A DNA stretch of 56,874 nucleotides, from positions 1 through 56,874 of the IMG/VR virus record IMGVR_UViG_3300045970_000182; one strand, 5' to 3'. Made by a program: the position numbers and the translations under genes. The notes beneath the pieces are model-generated. The model did no database searches. It had not been told where the DNA came from and saw nothing but the letters and a program-made list of their open reading frames with translations. The stretch is from a virus (Duplodnaviria > Caudoviricetes). Each line of letters begins with the position of its first letter. Positions within the stretch are counted from its first letter, which is position 1. Of this stretch, positions 29,985 through 38,840 are shown one piece after another.

Positions 29985-32105
29985 TTACTTAGAATCGACC
30001 AAAGTAACATAGTCAGCAATAGCATCATTCGGGGCGCCTGACAAGTGTTGAAGTAACGGATATTTAGCCTTTATTGCTGATACCTCGTCATTTATTGATT
30101 TCTTTATCTTATCAACCTGCACTGTCTTACCATATTTACCGCACAAAGTAACAAGCGAATCTAATCCGTTTGTTGATTTTGCTCCGGCAAACTTATCAGC
30201 AAATACAGCATAAGGTGATTTAGCAGAAACTTTCCTGGCAACTTCCTTACTAATGTATTTCTCATAACTGTAATGAGATAACATTGTTGATGCAACCATT
30301 GTAGAAATAACAGCATCAGATATCTTAGCAGTTTCTTTTGTTATGATATCATCTACCCATTTCCAGTTCTTTAACGGAGTAATGTCTTTAATGCGGCTCT
30401 TTTGCACACCAAAGATTTCAATGGTGGATAAATCTTTAATCTCTGACATATCCATTAAGTTCTTTATGCCTTTAATGTTATAGTCCTTGCCCAATACGTC
30501 AGTACTCGTAACATTACTTAAACATACATAGTTATATGTTTTCTTAGGAGATAACTCTTCCTGATAAGGAATCCATTGATAGTTATCCTCGCCAGAACGA
30601 TATCTATCATGGTCTGTTTTCTTTTTAAGAATCATAATACCGCGATTAGATAATGCTTCGCGCTTAACTGGTTCTCTTTTCGCCATACTACTTGCCATAA
30701 TAACAGTCGGCGGCTTATGCAGTTCCTTTAAGATCTTATCATACTCTTTCTGACGAACTGCTAAATCAGGGTCAGTATGCGATATACAATACACACTATT
30801 ATTGGCTACAGGAGCCTGAGAAAAGTGGTATTGTGCTCTTGTCATTGCACCAGTCTTTAAGTCATTAAGTACAATAACTACTTCTTTTTCGACAGGAATA
30901 AGCATTGCCTGTGTATGTACACCTTTAACGGTTGCATATGTTTCGCCGATTTTATGACTTTTACTAATGCCGATATAACGCGCAGAAATATCAAGGTTAC
31001 GATCTTTCAAGTCTTTAGCAGAAAATATAAATGACTTCTTACCATAATACTGATCTGGATCATATAACGGAAACTTAGTGTCGGCCGCATATTTCTTCAC
31101 TGCGGAAGAATATAGTTTGGAACGTGCTTGTTCTGTCAAATAAAAGGCACGCTCCCATTCATCCTTAATAAGGTCTGCTTTGGTAGCAAGGTGCTTGGCC
31201 AAGTTTGCATTAAGCAAATCTAACTTACGCTTGATACTTGCAATAGTGATAGGAACATAACTAAGTTCTTCACGAGAGGCAGCAAAGTCAAGTTCGCCAA
31301 TATTGAACTCTAACACTAACCCGCAAGATAACAGACTGTATGTATCGGGAAAATGCTTGTCTGGTTCCGAAATATTCAATGGATAGCAAATGTTACCCAT
31401 TAACGCGATAGATTCGCCGTAGTTACTGTTAACAGTGTGGACACCCGGCACAATGTCTTTTTCGGTATATGCCACAGTTGAATGTGTAAACGATGTGCCT
31501 GTAACCTTTGGCTTATTTTTAAAATACCTAAATACCTTTTCTGCTTCGTATTTAAAACTATCGTAGTCGCGTCTATTAACGACGCTGAATTTTACTTCGA
31601 CGCCGTTTCCTTCTGTGGTAGCTTCTGTATTCATTTCTGCAATACTTGGCACACCCATTTCGTTAATAAATGCGCTATAGATGCGTTTGATACCATCTTT
31701 AATAGCAGTGATGGTAAAATTCTCAGTATAACTGAACGGGCTTTTGGCACCGAGGCCAAGGGCGCCCACCAAATCATTCGAGTCTGTTTTTGTTGAAGTA
31801 AAATACGATGCATATATTTGAGATATGTCTTCGCCCGACAATCCTGTGCCAAAATCCTGCACAGAGAACCACGGTTCAAGCATTGTTGGCAAATGCACCT
31901 CAAACGGTATATCTGCCTTGCCGGCCGATATATGTGAATCTAATGCATTTGTTGAAAGTTCTCTTATAATAGCTTTGATTTTGTTGGAATATAAACCGGA
32001 ACTAAGAATCTTAAAACTGTGCGCGGTGGCTTTAATCGTAAATGCTTGTGTGGACACCACATTAGTCAATACAGCATCGTTGATTGGAGCATTGTTAATA
32101 ATCAT
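29985..32105 (-). CDS. rIIA: RIIA-like protein (GHKL ATPase N-domain)
   Basis: LYSNKIKAIIRELSTNALDSH, DFGTG, STK...GALGLGAKSPFSY; start reassigned to MIINN. Confidence 0.9.
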   Translation of the reverse strand: MIINNAPINDAVLTNVVSTQAFTIKATAHSFKILSSGLYSNKIKAIIRELSTNALDSHISAGKADIPFEVHLPTMLEPWFSVQDFGTGLSGEDISQIYASYFTSTKTDSNDLVGALGLGAKSPFSYTENFTITAIKDGIKRIYSAFINEMGVPSIAEMNTEATTEGNGVEVKFSVVNRRDYDSFKYEAEKVFRYFKNKPKVTGTSFTHSTVAYTEKDIVPGVHTVNSNYGESIALMGNICYPLNISEPDKHFPDTYSLLSCGLVLEFNIGELDFAASREELSYVPITIASIKRKLDLLNANLAKHLATKADLIKDEWERAFYLTEQARSKLYSSAVKKYAADTKFPLYDPDQYYGKKSFIFSAKDLKDRNLDISARYIGISKSHKIGETYATVKGVHTQAMLIPVEKEVVIVLNDLKTGAMTRAQYHFSQAPVANNSVYCISHTDPDLAVRQKEYDKILKELHKPPTVIMASSMAKREPVKREALSNRGIMILKKKTDHDRYRSGEDNYQWIPYQEELSPKKTYNYVCLSNVTSTDVLGKDYNIKGIKNLMDMSEIKDLSTIEIFGVQKSRIKDITPLKNWKWVDDIITKETAKISDAVISTMVASTMLSHYSYEKYISKEVARKVSAKSPYAVFADKFAGAKSTNGLDSLVTLCGKYGKTVQVDKIKKSINDEVSAIKAKYPLLQHLSGAPNDAIADYVTLVDSK

Positions 32106-32136
32106 TATTTTCTTTCTATAGTTAAATAATATACAT

Positions 32137-32165
32137 ATTATATAACAAAATAAACGATCAGTCAA
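32137..32165 (-). promoter_or_regulatory. sigma70-type promoter (rIIA)
   Basis: TTGACT-N17-TATAAT. Confidence 0.8.
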
Positions 32166-32175
32166 CCGGTATGCA

Positions 32176-32241
32176 GATAAATAGTGTAGTTCGCGGAATT
32201 GGCATTCCCAACTACTCTAATGCTTATAAGGAGCAATCAGT
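32176..32241 (+). promoter_or_regulatory. late promoter plus two-hairpin leader of endonuclease gene (copy 1)
   Basis: GATAAATA, GTAGTT/AACTAC hairpin, TGCT...AGCA hairpin containing the AAGGAG RBS; similar copy at 53072-53138. Confidence 0.7.
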
Positions 32242-32973
32242 ATGATTATTTATAAACTGTATGTTAAGACGCACAGGAAAACAGGATTAAAATACCTCGG
32301 TCAAACCAAAAAAGACCCACATATCTATTTAGGATCGGGCGGTGATTGGTTGCAACATCTTTCTCGCAATGGCAATGATGTGCAGACAGAAATATTATTA
32401 GAGACACCTAATACCGGCGAACGGAATTTCTGGGGAAGATATTATAGTACCCTTTGGAGAATAACCACTTCAGTTGACGATTTTGGTAATAGAATATGGG
32501 CAAATCGCATACCCGAGACCGGTGGTGGTGGTGGCAATACATTTATGACGCCCGAATCTGTTAAGAAACGAGCAATGACACAGACCGGCACAAAGAAGCC
32601 GGAAACACACAGAAAAAAGTGTTCGGTTCGTATGTTAAAAGAGCACCGTGATCCAAGTTCAGTATATAATAGCGAAAGTATTAAGTTAAAGAAATCTAAA
32701 TCAATGAAATCTTGTCGGAGTGATAAAACTTCAGTATCAAAATTCAATACGGCCGAATATCATATAAAGATTAGAAAAAGTTGTAAGACCGGGTCAGCAA
32801 AATTTAGGTTGCATTATATAATATGTAATCCGGTTGGCGTAAGATACGACATCATTGGGTTAGTCGATTTCTGTAAAGAACATAATCTAAATAAAGGCGC
32901 AATGGGCGCAGTAACCCGAGGTGAAACTACACACCATAAAGGTTGGACCGGATATAAGGTGAAGTTAATATAG
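32242..32973 (+). mobile_element. GIY-YIG-type homing endonuclease
   Basis: LYVKTHRKTGLKYLGQT...YLGSG...WANRIPETG; C-terminal HHKGW DNA-binding motif. Confidence 0.8.
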
Positions 32974-33062
32974 AATTGATAAATAACATACACTGTGGAA
33001 ATAGTTCTACATTGAATGATGGAGATCCCCTATTTAGGGAGTACCCGTTCAAGGAGATTATC

Positions 33063-33932
33063 ATGGGAAAACCCATTCAAAAGAAATGGTTCGGCGTTGC
33101 AACAACACCCGGATCACAAATCGTAGTTAGCGGCGTTAAATGGGCCGACGGAACTACAGCAACAAGCGATTACATTGTTAAACAAACAGGATCGCACGCT
33201 TATGTCGTAAGCAACGGAACAAAGAGCGAAACTTGTTTCATGGTCAATGCAACAGACGTAACTGGATTAAATCCGGGCGAATGTTTTATTTTAGCAACAC
33301 CGTTTGGCGGATCTGCACGTCCTTGCAAAAAGATTATGCAATATCGTTTAGATTTATATGAGGCTGATGGATCGGTAGGTAACTATAGCTGGTCTGCTAT
33401 TCCTGCAACAGGACTTGGCCAAGCTGACTTGATCGCTGGTGCTGGCGTTGGTGGTGCAATATTAACAGTAAGTGTTGATCCGGGTAGTGCTGGATATTTT
33501 ACAGCGCCGTCTGTAAGCTTCACAGGTGGTGGCACAGGTGCAACAGCTCACGCAACAGTAGTGAATGGTACTGTAACAGCAGTCGTAGTTGATTTACCAG
33601 GAAAAGGCTATACAGCAGGAACAGTTGTATTATCGGCTCCACCTGCTGCTGTAACTGCTACAGCAACAGCACCAGTAAATAATGGTGCCGGTGGCGTAAC
33701 ATTGGGCGCACTTACTATGTTGGTCGGTGGTGGATTTTATAGCGCGATACCAGCTGTTACATTAGGTGGTGGCAATGGTGATGCCGTGGCTACTGCTACA
33801 GTGACAAATGGTGCAGTTACCGGTATTCTTGTTACCGGTGCTGGTACAGGTTTCGCTGGTGCTGTAACTGTTTCTGTTGCTGCACCTGCAGCAGCAGTTC
33901 AGGCTACTGCCACTGCTACATTTACAGTATAA
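33063..33932 (+). CDS. virion structural protein with Gly/Ala/Thr/Val-rich beta repeats
   Basis: MGKPIQKKWFG start after AAGGAG; repeated PxVxxxGG.GATAxATVxNGxVTxxxVxxxGxG[YF] units; GATAAATA motif at 32978. Confidence 0.7.
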   Translation: MGKPIQKKWFGVATTPGSQIVVSGVKWADGTTATSDYIVKQTGSHAYVVSNGTKSETCFMVNATDVTGLNPGECFILATPFGGSARPCKKIMQYRLDLYEADGSVGNYSWSAIPATGLGQADLIAGAGVGGAILTVSVDPGSAGYFTAPSVSFTGGGTGATAHATVVNGTVTAVVVDLPGKGYTAGTVVLSAPPAAVTATATAPVNNGAGGVTLGALTMLVGGGFYSAIPAVTLGGGNGDAVATATVTNGAVTGILVTGAGTGFAGAVTVSVAAPAAAVQATATATFTV

Positions 33933-33944
33933 GAAACTTAGCTC

Positions 33945-33975
33945 AAAAGAAAGCCCACCTTGTGTGGGCTTTTTA
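33945..33975. terminator. bidirectional intrinsic terminator
   Basis: AAAGCCCAC/GTGGGCTTT stem flanked by A and T tracts. Confidence 0.75.
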
Positions 33976-33976
33976 T

Positions 33977-34008
33977 TGGTACCGCTACCAGGAATCTAAC
34001 CCGGATCT
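33977..34008 (-). pseudogene. 3' fragment of a tRNA (T-arm, acceptor strand, CCA)
   Basis: Minus strand CCGGG-TTAGATT-CCTGG-TAGCGGT-A-CCA with no matching 5' half. Confidence 0.55.
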
Positions 34009-34033
34009 AATCTATATGATGATAAATACATGT

Positions 34034-34687
34034 ATGATTAAATATATAAACTGCTGCCATTGCGGAATACATACAGAATTACCTAAATCAAACCCTTATA
34101 AAAAGTTTTGCTCGATTAAATGTGGAGCATTATTTCAAAATAAAGATAAAATAAATCTGTTAGCGGTCGAATACGAAAAATCACCTAATATATGTTTCAC
34201 ATGCGAATGTAATCTGCCGTACTCGAAAAGACATAATAAATATTGTTCACGATCTTGTTCCGCGAAAACTACAAAAAATAATACTACTCACGGAAAATAC
34301 ATAATAATAGAGAAAGAATGTATTATATGCAAATCTATAACAACCAATAACAAAGTATGTTCGACATCTTGTAGGAAAGTTTTATTATCAAGACCAAGGA
34401 AATATTTTACAGAGGAAGAAAGATTACATGCTAAACGGGCAATACAGCGTGAAGCAAATGCTCGATATTGTGCCAAAAAGAAGTATAATACGCCAGTGGA
34501 TGAAGATTTATCTGCTATAAAACTTTTTTACAGAAATTGTCCGATGGGATATGAAGTAGATCATAAAACACCTATATCTAAAGGTGGTGCCCATTCTTTA
34601 GTAAATATGCAATACCTTACTATCTCTAATAATAGAAAGAAACATGCTAAGTTAGATTGGTGCCCCGAAGACGAATCAAACGTCTGA
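34034..34687 (+). mobile_element. HNH endonuclease with Cys-rich Zn-binding repeats
   Basis: Three CxxC...[FY/V]CSxxC repeats, YEVDHKTPISKGGAH..VNMQYLT...NRKK; own GATAAATA motif. Confidence 0.8.
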
Positions 34688-34733
34688 CCTTATTCTTAGG
34701 AGGAATTTGCTCTATTCACTGAGCTACCGGGGC
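34658..34733 (-). tRNA. tRNA-Arg(CCU)
   Basis: Cloverleaf GCCCCGG...CT-CCT-AA...TTCGGGGC-A-CCA; T-loop is TTTGATT. Confidence 0.8.
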
Positions 34734-34760
34734 CTATTCTATACGTTGAACTATAGCGAT

Positions 34761-34979
34761 TTAGTTTTCTATTTGAGTAGTGTAATACTCGGGAGATTCG
34801 CTTATACGGATTAATGCTATCTCTCTTGCTTTGGCTCTATCATTAACTTGCTTTGTTTCAGCCATTATACCCCTTGCCAATTTCACTACTAAGTCCGTAT
34901 ATGTTAAACTATGTTTTTCTTTAACTTGGTCGAAAGATACCGTTGCATAGTCATGTGCTTCGTGCTCTCTTGTACCCAT
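34761..34979 (-). CDS. hypothetical protein
   Basis: 72-aa ORF abutting the glutaredoxin stop codon. Confidence 0.55.
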   Translation of the reverse strand: MGTREHEAHDYATVSFDQVKEKHSLTYTDLVVKLARGIMAETKQVNDRAKAREIALIRISESPEYYTTQIEN

Positions 34980-35213
34980 CTACACACCTGCTAACGTCTG
35001 TCGCAAACCCATATATCCACCTGGTACAAAATCACCATTAATAAAAATCTGCGGGATTGTTCTGACTTTGCTTCCGATTCGTCCTTCCAATGTCTGCAAG
35101 TTTTCAGGGGAGCCAACATCTATATAGTTATACTCTATATCACGTGTTTCGCATAGTTGAACTGCCTGTGTGCAATAGTTGCACGAACTTGCCCCATATA
35201 TCTCTACTTTCAT
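34980..35213 (-). CDS. glutaredoxin
   Basis: CNYC, TIPQIFING, GGY. Confidence 0.9.
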   Translation of the reverse strand: MKVEIYGASSCNYCTQAVQLCETRDIEYNYIDVGSPENLQTLEGRIGSKVRTIPQIFINGDFVPGGYMGLRQTLAGV

Positions 35214-35255
35214 ATTTGTTCTCCTTGGTTACTTACTTACCTAAAACTATTCACT

Positions 35256-35465
35256 CTAATCTATAAATGCCATAAATTCTAACCGACCATCCGGGTACTC
35301 AAATAGACCCAAAGAACACCCTGCTGTTTGCTGTCGATGGTGTTTTGGAAACTCTGTTACCTTTATAACAAGCACATTTTTTCTGTATGTTTCTGTTATT
35401 TTTATTACTTCCCCTTTGTATCCTTCGAACTGAAGTTTACTCCCTTCTTTATAATACGATGCCAT
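35256..35465 (-). CDS. hypothetical protein
   Basis: 69-aa ORF in operon. Confidence 0.55.
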   Translation of the reverse strand: MASYYKEGSKLQFEGYKGEVIKITETYRKNVLVIKVTEFPKHHRQQTAGCSLGLFEYPDGRLEFMAFID

Positions 35466-35715
35466 TATTCCCTTTATTTTGCTGACTTGCAGCTATCATT
35501 TTGTTAGCAATTTCATTTGCTACCTCGTCTGCGGTTCTTCCGCCGCGTTTTGTATATTCTTTTAGTTGGTCTTTAATCCACTGTGGGAAATGAGATCCTG
35601 TTAAAGCATCTATATCAGCATCGGAATAGTTAGCTATATTATCCATCACCTTTTGTAGGTCGGGTTTCTTTTTCATTTTCTTAAAAAAGGTATCTTTACT
35701 TAAATAACTTCTCAT
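35449..35715 (-). CDS. hypothetical protein
   Basis: 88-aa ORF in operon. Confidence 0.55.
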   Translation of the reverse strand: MRSYLSKDTFFKKMKKKPDLQKVMDNIANYSDADIDALTGSHFPQWIKDQLKEYTKRGGRTADEVANEIANKMIAASQQNKGNNGIVL

Positions 35716-36182
35716 TAATACACTACTTTATCATTGTTATATTCAAAACAATATACATTACCTGTGCTATATTGATTGTTATACGCAGTAACTAAAGAAA
35801 GATCAGAGTCTTTATAGAAATACATCTTACTATTATAGATGAAAATAATAGCCATATAGTCCAGCTTCTTTATTTTTACTACCTGTTGATAATCTTCGAA
35901 CTTTTTATCTACGGTAAAATAGAATTTTCCATCTATTAGGTATGCCCTTTTCTTAACCTTGGCATCAACAGCGAAGTTTTCTCCCAATTCGTTATAAACT
36001 ATAAAGTCTGGAATGACTACAGATCCTTTTGTTCCTATCATACGCGGTCCGCCACCGTCTTTATACTTCTGGCGCCTGCAGTCTTCTACCCAGTCGTTAT
36101 GCTTTGTTAGCCAGGGATAGATCTTGTCTTCACCTGCAATACCCATTGCAAGTTTTTCTTCGAAGTTATTTCTTAATCGCAT
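35715..36182 (-). CDS. PD-(D/E)xK nuclease-like protein
   Basis: G..GE...IPDFIV...AVDAKVK. Confidence 0.55.
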   Translation of the reverse strand: MRLRNNFEEKLAMGIAGEDKIYPWLTKHNDWVEDCRRQKYKDGGGPRMIGTKGSVVIPDFIVYNELGENFAVDAKVKKRAYLIDGKFYFTVDKKFEDYQQVVKIKKLDYMAIIFIYNSKMYFYKDSDLSLVTAYNNQYSTGNVYCFEYNNDKVVY

Positions 36183-36642
36183 CTCTCACTCTCATTAGTG
36201 TAATACCGAGTAAGTTCTGACCGCGCCAAGTTGACTGGTCTAATGCGCGTGGATCATCTTCTGCTAGCCCTATACCCCATATTCTATCAACAGGACTTGC
36301 TTCTACAATAATAGTATCGCCTGTATTCAGTAATGCTTCTTTCAATAAGGGATTTTGATTAAACTTTTCAAATAATCCCTCAACCATTATATCGACTCGT
36401 TTTTCAGCCCATACTGCTTCGTCGTAGTTTGCAACCATTCTACCTAAATCTTTCTGCTCTTTAGGATTACCGGTTAATAGGATGGCATGAGCAGTATTAA
36501 CATCGCCAAATAGCATAGCTTTTTGATACATCATGTATTGCTCACCTCGGGAAAATGTGATACCGTTGTGTGTAAAAATGCTAGGATACCAGTTGGAGAA
36601 AGGCGACCTATTCTGCCAAAAGAAGGTAAAGTTGTGTGTCAT
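36166..36642 (-). CDS. NADAR (YbiA-like) family protein
   Basis: FSNWYPS, EQYMMYQKAMLFGD, KFNQN, VEASPVDRIWGIG, GQNLLG. Confidence 0.92.
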   Translation of the reverse strand: MTHNFTFFWQNRSPFSNWYPSIFTHNGITFSRGEQYMMYQKAMLFGDVNTAHAILLTGNPKEQKDLGRMVANYDEAVWAEKRVDIMVEGLFEKFNQNPLLKEALLNTGDTIIVEASPVDRIWGIGLAEDDPRALDQSTWRGQNLLGITLMRVRDAIKK

Positions 36643-36664
36643 TGTTTGCTTTCGTAGTTAATGC

Positions 36665-36739
36665 TGGTCCGGCGTAGTGGAATCGAACCACTGTTTATTC
36701 TTTAGAAGAGAACTGTATTTTCCACTATACTAACGCCAG
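36665..36739 (-). tRNA. tRNA-Arg(UCU)
   Basis: Cloverleaf CTGGCGT...GTTCT-CTTCTAA-AGAAT...TTCGATT...ACGCCGG-A-CCA. Confidence 0.85.
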
Positions 36740-36743
36740 TATA

Positions 36744-36974
36744 TTATTTAATTCTTGTAACTCGGTGACTACCCTTGATGAATAGGTGCCAGTATTTACC
36801 TTTTGATTCTGCGCCCGACCATTTTTCAAATGCAGCGCGAGTAATACCAAATACACTGAATGCCCTACCATTTGATAACTTCATTGTTACCCGTTTGTTT
36901 GGCCGGTTATGTATTAGTTCAGAAATCCAGGTAGATGCTACACGCTTTTCTAATAACAGTTCTATTATTTTCAT
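36744..36974 (-). CDS. KTSC-domain-like protein with MKIIELLLE N-terminus
   Basis: VASTWI...SNGRAF...AESKGKYW..FIKG pattern. Confidence 0.65.
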   Translation of the reverse strand: MKIIELLLEKRVASTWISELIHNRPNKRVTMKLSNGRAFSVFGITRAAFEKWSGAESKGKYWHLFIKGSHRVTRIK

Positions 36975-38164
36975 TTCTTCTTTTGCTTTATGCCGGCTAA
37001 GTCTTTCATTCTTTGCAATTCGGGTGTCAACATATCAGGTGTTTTATCAGGGGCGGGTAATGCAAGTGGTTTATCATCGTCTGCATATTGTACAGGGCCC
37101 ATATCTATCGGTTCTTGTTTATCTTGTTCTTTATCAAATGGCTTATTTACATACTGTTTAAGTTTAACAGCGGCAAGTGCGGCAAGTCTAGCAATGGTAG
37201 GCAATATACCGGCTGAACTACCGGCTGTATTAGCAGCCGCTAATACATCTTTAGCTGACTTAACGACTTCGGGCGGAATTCCTGTCGCATTATTTATAAT
37301 ATCTTTGGCAGAAGCCACTATAGATGGTATGCCAGCTGGAATACCGTCTGCTGTGTCCGACGATGCATCTGTTGGTTCATTTGCTAGTTCAGCCGAGCGT
37401 ATATTATTATCGTGTGTTGCTTGTAAATGCCTTTCTTCACGGTCTGCATCATATGCAGATTTTGCACCAGTATACGGAGGGACAGAAGCTGGATTAACGG
37501 TACCTTTGCTGGGCACATAGTTTAGATATTCGTCGACTCGTTTCCCTGCCTTTATCATTTCATCTGCTGTATATGTATCATCTACACCCTGACATAAACT
37601 ATCAGACGGGCTACCCTCTATTGTAATAGGTTTTCCGTTTTTATCAAAAAACGATAAAATACCGTGGTCATTTAAGCACTCTACATTACCTGTATTTGCA
37701 ACCAAAAACGGCACACCATTAGGTGATTTTCCTATATAAAAATGTTTACCCCACGGAGTAAGTCCAGTCTTATTATTATCGGCTATTGAGGTTACATCGT
37801 TTACACCCGGTGACCAATGAGATATATCGTCGTCGTATTCGCGATGATCCCACCCTTTTTCCGCATATTCCTCGGCTTCAGAACTATTCCATGCATCTGC
37901 ATCCTCTTTAGCAGCACCCAAGAACTTACCTGCAGACTGGACTAAGGCAGATGCTATTGCTGACGCTGGCAAACTTCCGGTAGTTGCTGCTACCGCACTG
38001 GCAGGGCTCAACACACTAGCTGCGGTCCCTTTTGCTACAGTTCCCACAGTGCTTGCTAACCCTGGATGAGCTGCAACTGCTGCGGCTGCGCCAACTTTTC
38101 TTAAGAAAGATCTGCGACTAGGATTATCGGGCTCGCCAGCCTCAAGTATTTCTTTTAAGTTCAT
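36971..38164 (-). CDS. hypothetical late protein with MNLKEILE motif and twin-arginine signal
   Basis: SRRSFLRK followed by an Ala-rich stretch; C-terminal ELQRMKDLAGIK; GATAAATA upstream. Confidence 0.7.
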   Translation of the reverse strand: MNLKEILEAGEPDNPSRRSFLRKVGAAAAVAAHPGLASTVGTVAKGTAASVLSPASAVAATTGSLPASAIASALVQSAGKFLGAAKEDADAWNSSEAEEYAEKGWDHREYDDDISHWSPGVNDVTSIADNNKTGLTPWGKHFYIGKSPNGVPFLVANTGNVECLNDHGILSFFDKNGKPITIEGSPSDSLCQGVDDTYTADEMIKAGKRVDEYLNYVPSKGTVNPASVPPYTGAKSAYDADREERHLQATHDNNIRSAELANEPTDASSDTADGIPAGIPSIVASAKDIINNATGIPPEVVKSAKDVLAAANTAGSSAGILPTIARLAALAAVKLKQYVNKPFDKEQDKQEPIDMGPVQYADDDKPLALPAPDKTPDMLTPELQRMKDLAGIKQKKK

Positions 38165-38181
38165 CCAGTATTTATCAAAAA

Positions 38182-38271
38182 TGGCGGAAGATAATAGAAT
38201 CGAACTATTGCCTATTCATCATAAGCAGGGCGGTTTTCGAGGCCGTTTAACTCCCAGAGTACCTATCTTCC
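38182..38271 (-). tRNA. tRNA-Ser(CGA)-like, non-canonical (possible 8/4 fold)
   Basis: GGAAGATA/TATCTTCC-G-CCA, long variable arm, CT-CGA-AA loop, 4-bp D stem with TGG loop. Confidence 0.75.
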
Positions 38272-38275
38272 ATTT

Positions 38276-38372
38276 CAGTATAGCTTAATAATGCCTACCA
38301 AGGTCTCAAAGGGAATCGAACCCTCCAGTTTCATTTTCAAGTTGAATTAGTTTTTGTTGCTGAAACTATACT
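38276..38372 (-). ncRNA. CAGC-stem ncRNA copy F (Y-RNA-like, with T-arm)
   Basis: AGTATAG-TTT-CAGCAAC...AGGG-TTCGATT-CCCT...CCT-TGGT-AGG...CTATACT-G. Confidence 0.7.
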
Positions 38373-38379
38373 TTAAAGT

Positions 38380-38471
38380 TGGTACGAGCGGAGAGGATCG
38401 AACTCTCTCAAGAACGCTAATCTGGCGCTAAAAGGTTTATAAGACCTCTCTGACTTCCAAGTCTCGCTCGC
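38380..38471 (-). tRNA. tRNA-like RNA with UAU anticodon, long variable arm and abbreviated D-arm
   Basis: GCGAGCG/CGCTCGT-A-CCA; GACT-TGGA-AGTC; GAGGT-CTTATAA-ACCTT; GAGAG-TTCGATC-CTCTC. Confidence 0.7.
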
Positions 38472-38488
38472 ATATTCTTTTACTTCTT

Positions 38489-38593
38489 TTACTTCTTGCG
38501 CGAAGCCCACCATGTTTTAACCTGATTCCAGATCATGATCCAAAATGGTGCAAATGCTGCGCCTACTGCTATACCTATAATCAAGTTTAACAT
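38489..38593 (-). CDS. small membrane protein (34 aa)
   Basis: MLNLIIGIAVGAAFAPFWIMIWNQVKTWWASRKK; AGGAG RBS and GATAAATA upstream. Confidence 0.65.
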   Translation of the reverse strand: MLNLIIGIAVGAAFAPFWIMIWNQVKTWWASRKK

Positions 38594-38641
38594 AATCTAT
38601 CTCCTGTGCGTTATACGCAATATTATTTATCTTTACTAAAA

Positions 38642-38715
38642 TGGAGCGGGATGGGAGAATCGAACTCCCGACTTCAGTTTGGAAAACTGAGGTAATGCCA
38701 TTTTACGAATCCCGC
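38642..38715 (-). tRNA. tRNA-Gly(UCC)
   Basis: GCGGGAT...TCAGT-TTTCCAA-ACTGA...ATCCCGC-T-CCA. Confidence 0.92.
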
Positions 38716-38719
38716 GTAT

Positions 38720-38795
38720 TGGTGCCCTTAGTCGGATTCGAACTGACCACCTACTGATTACAAAACAGTTGCTCTGCCAAATGAGCTATAAGGGC
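38720..38795 (-). tRNA. tRNA-Thr(UGU)
   Basis: GCCCTTA...TT-TGT-AA...TAAGGGC-A-CCA. Confidence 0.9.
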
Positions 38796-38840
38796 TTAAT
38801 CTTATTTATACGTTTATTATACAACTAAATGTATTATTGG

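Noticed and set aside
29985-32105. Hsp90 or histidine kinase
   Set aside because: The GHKL motifs, adjacency to rIIB and length fit rIIA
38182-38271. Selenocysteine tRNA
   Set aside because: Anticodon is CGA rather than UCA, and acceptor plus T stems total 12 bp rather than 13
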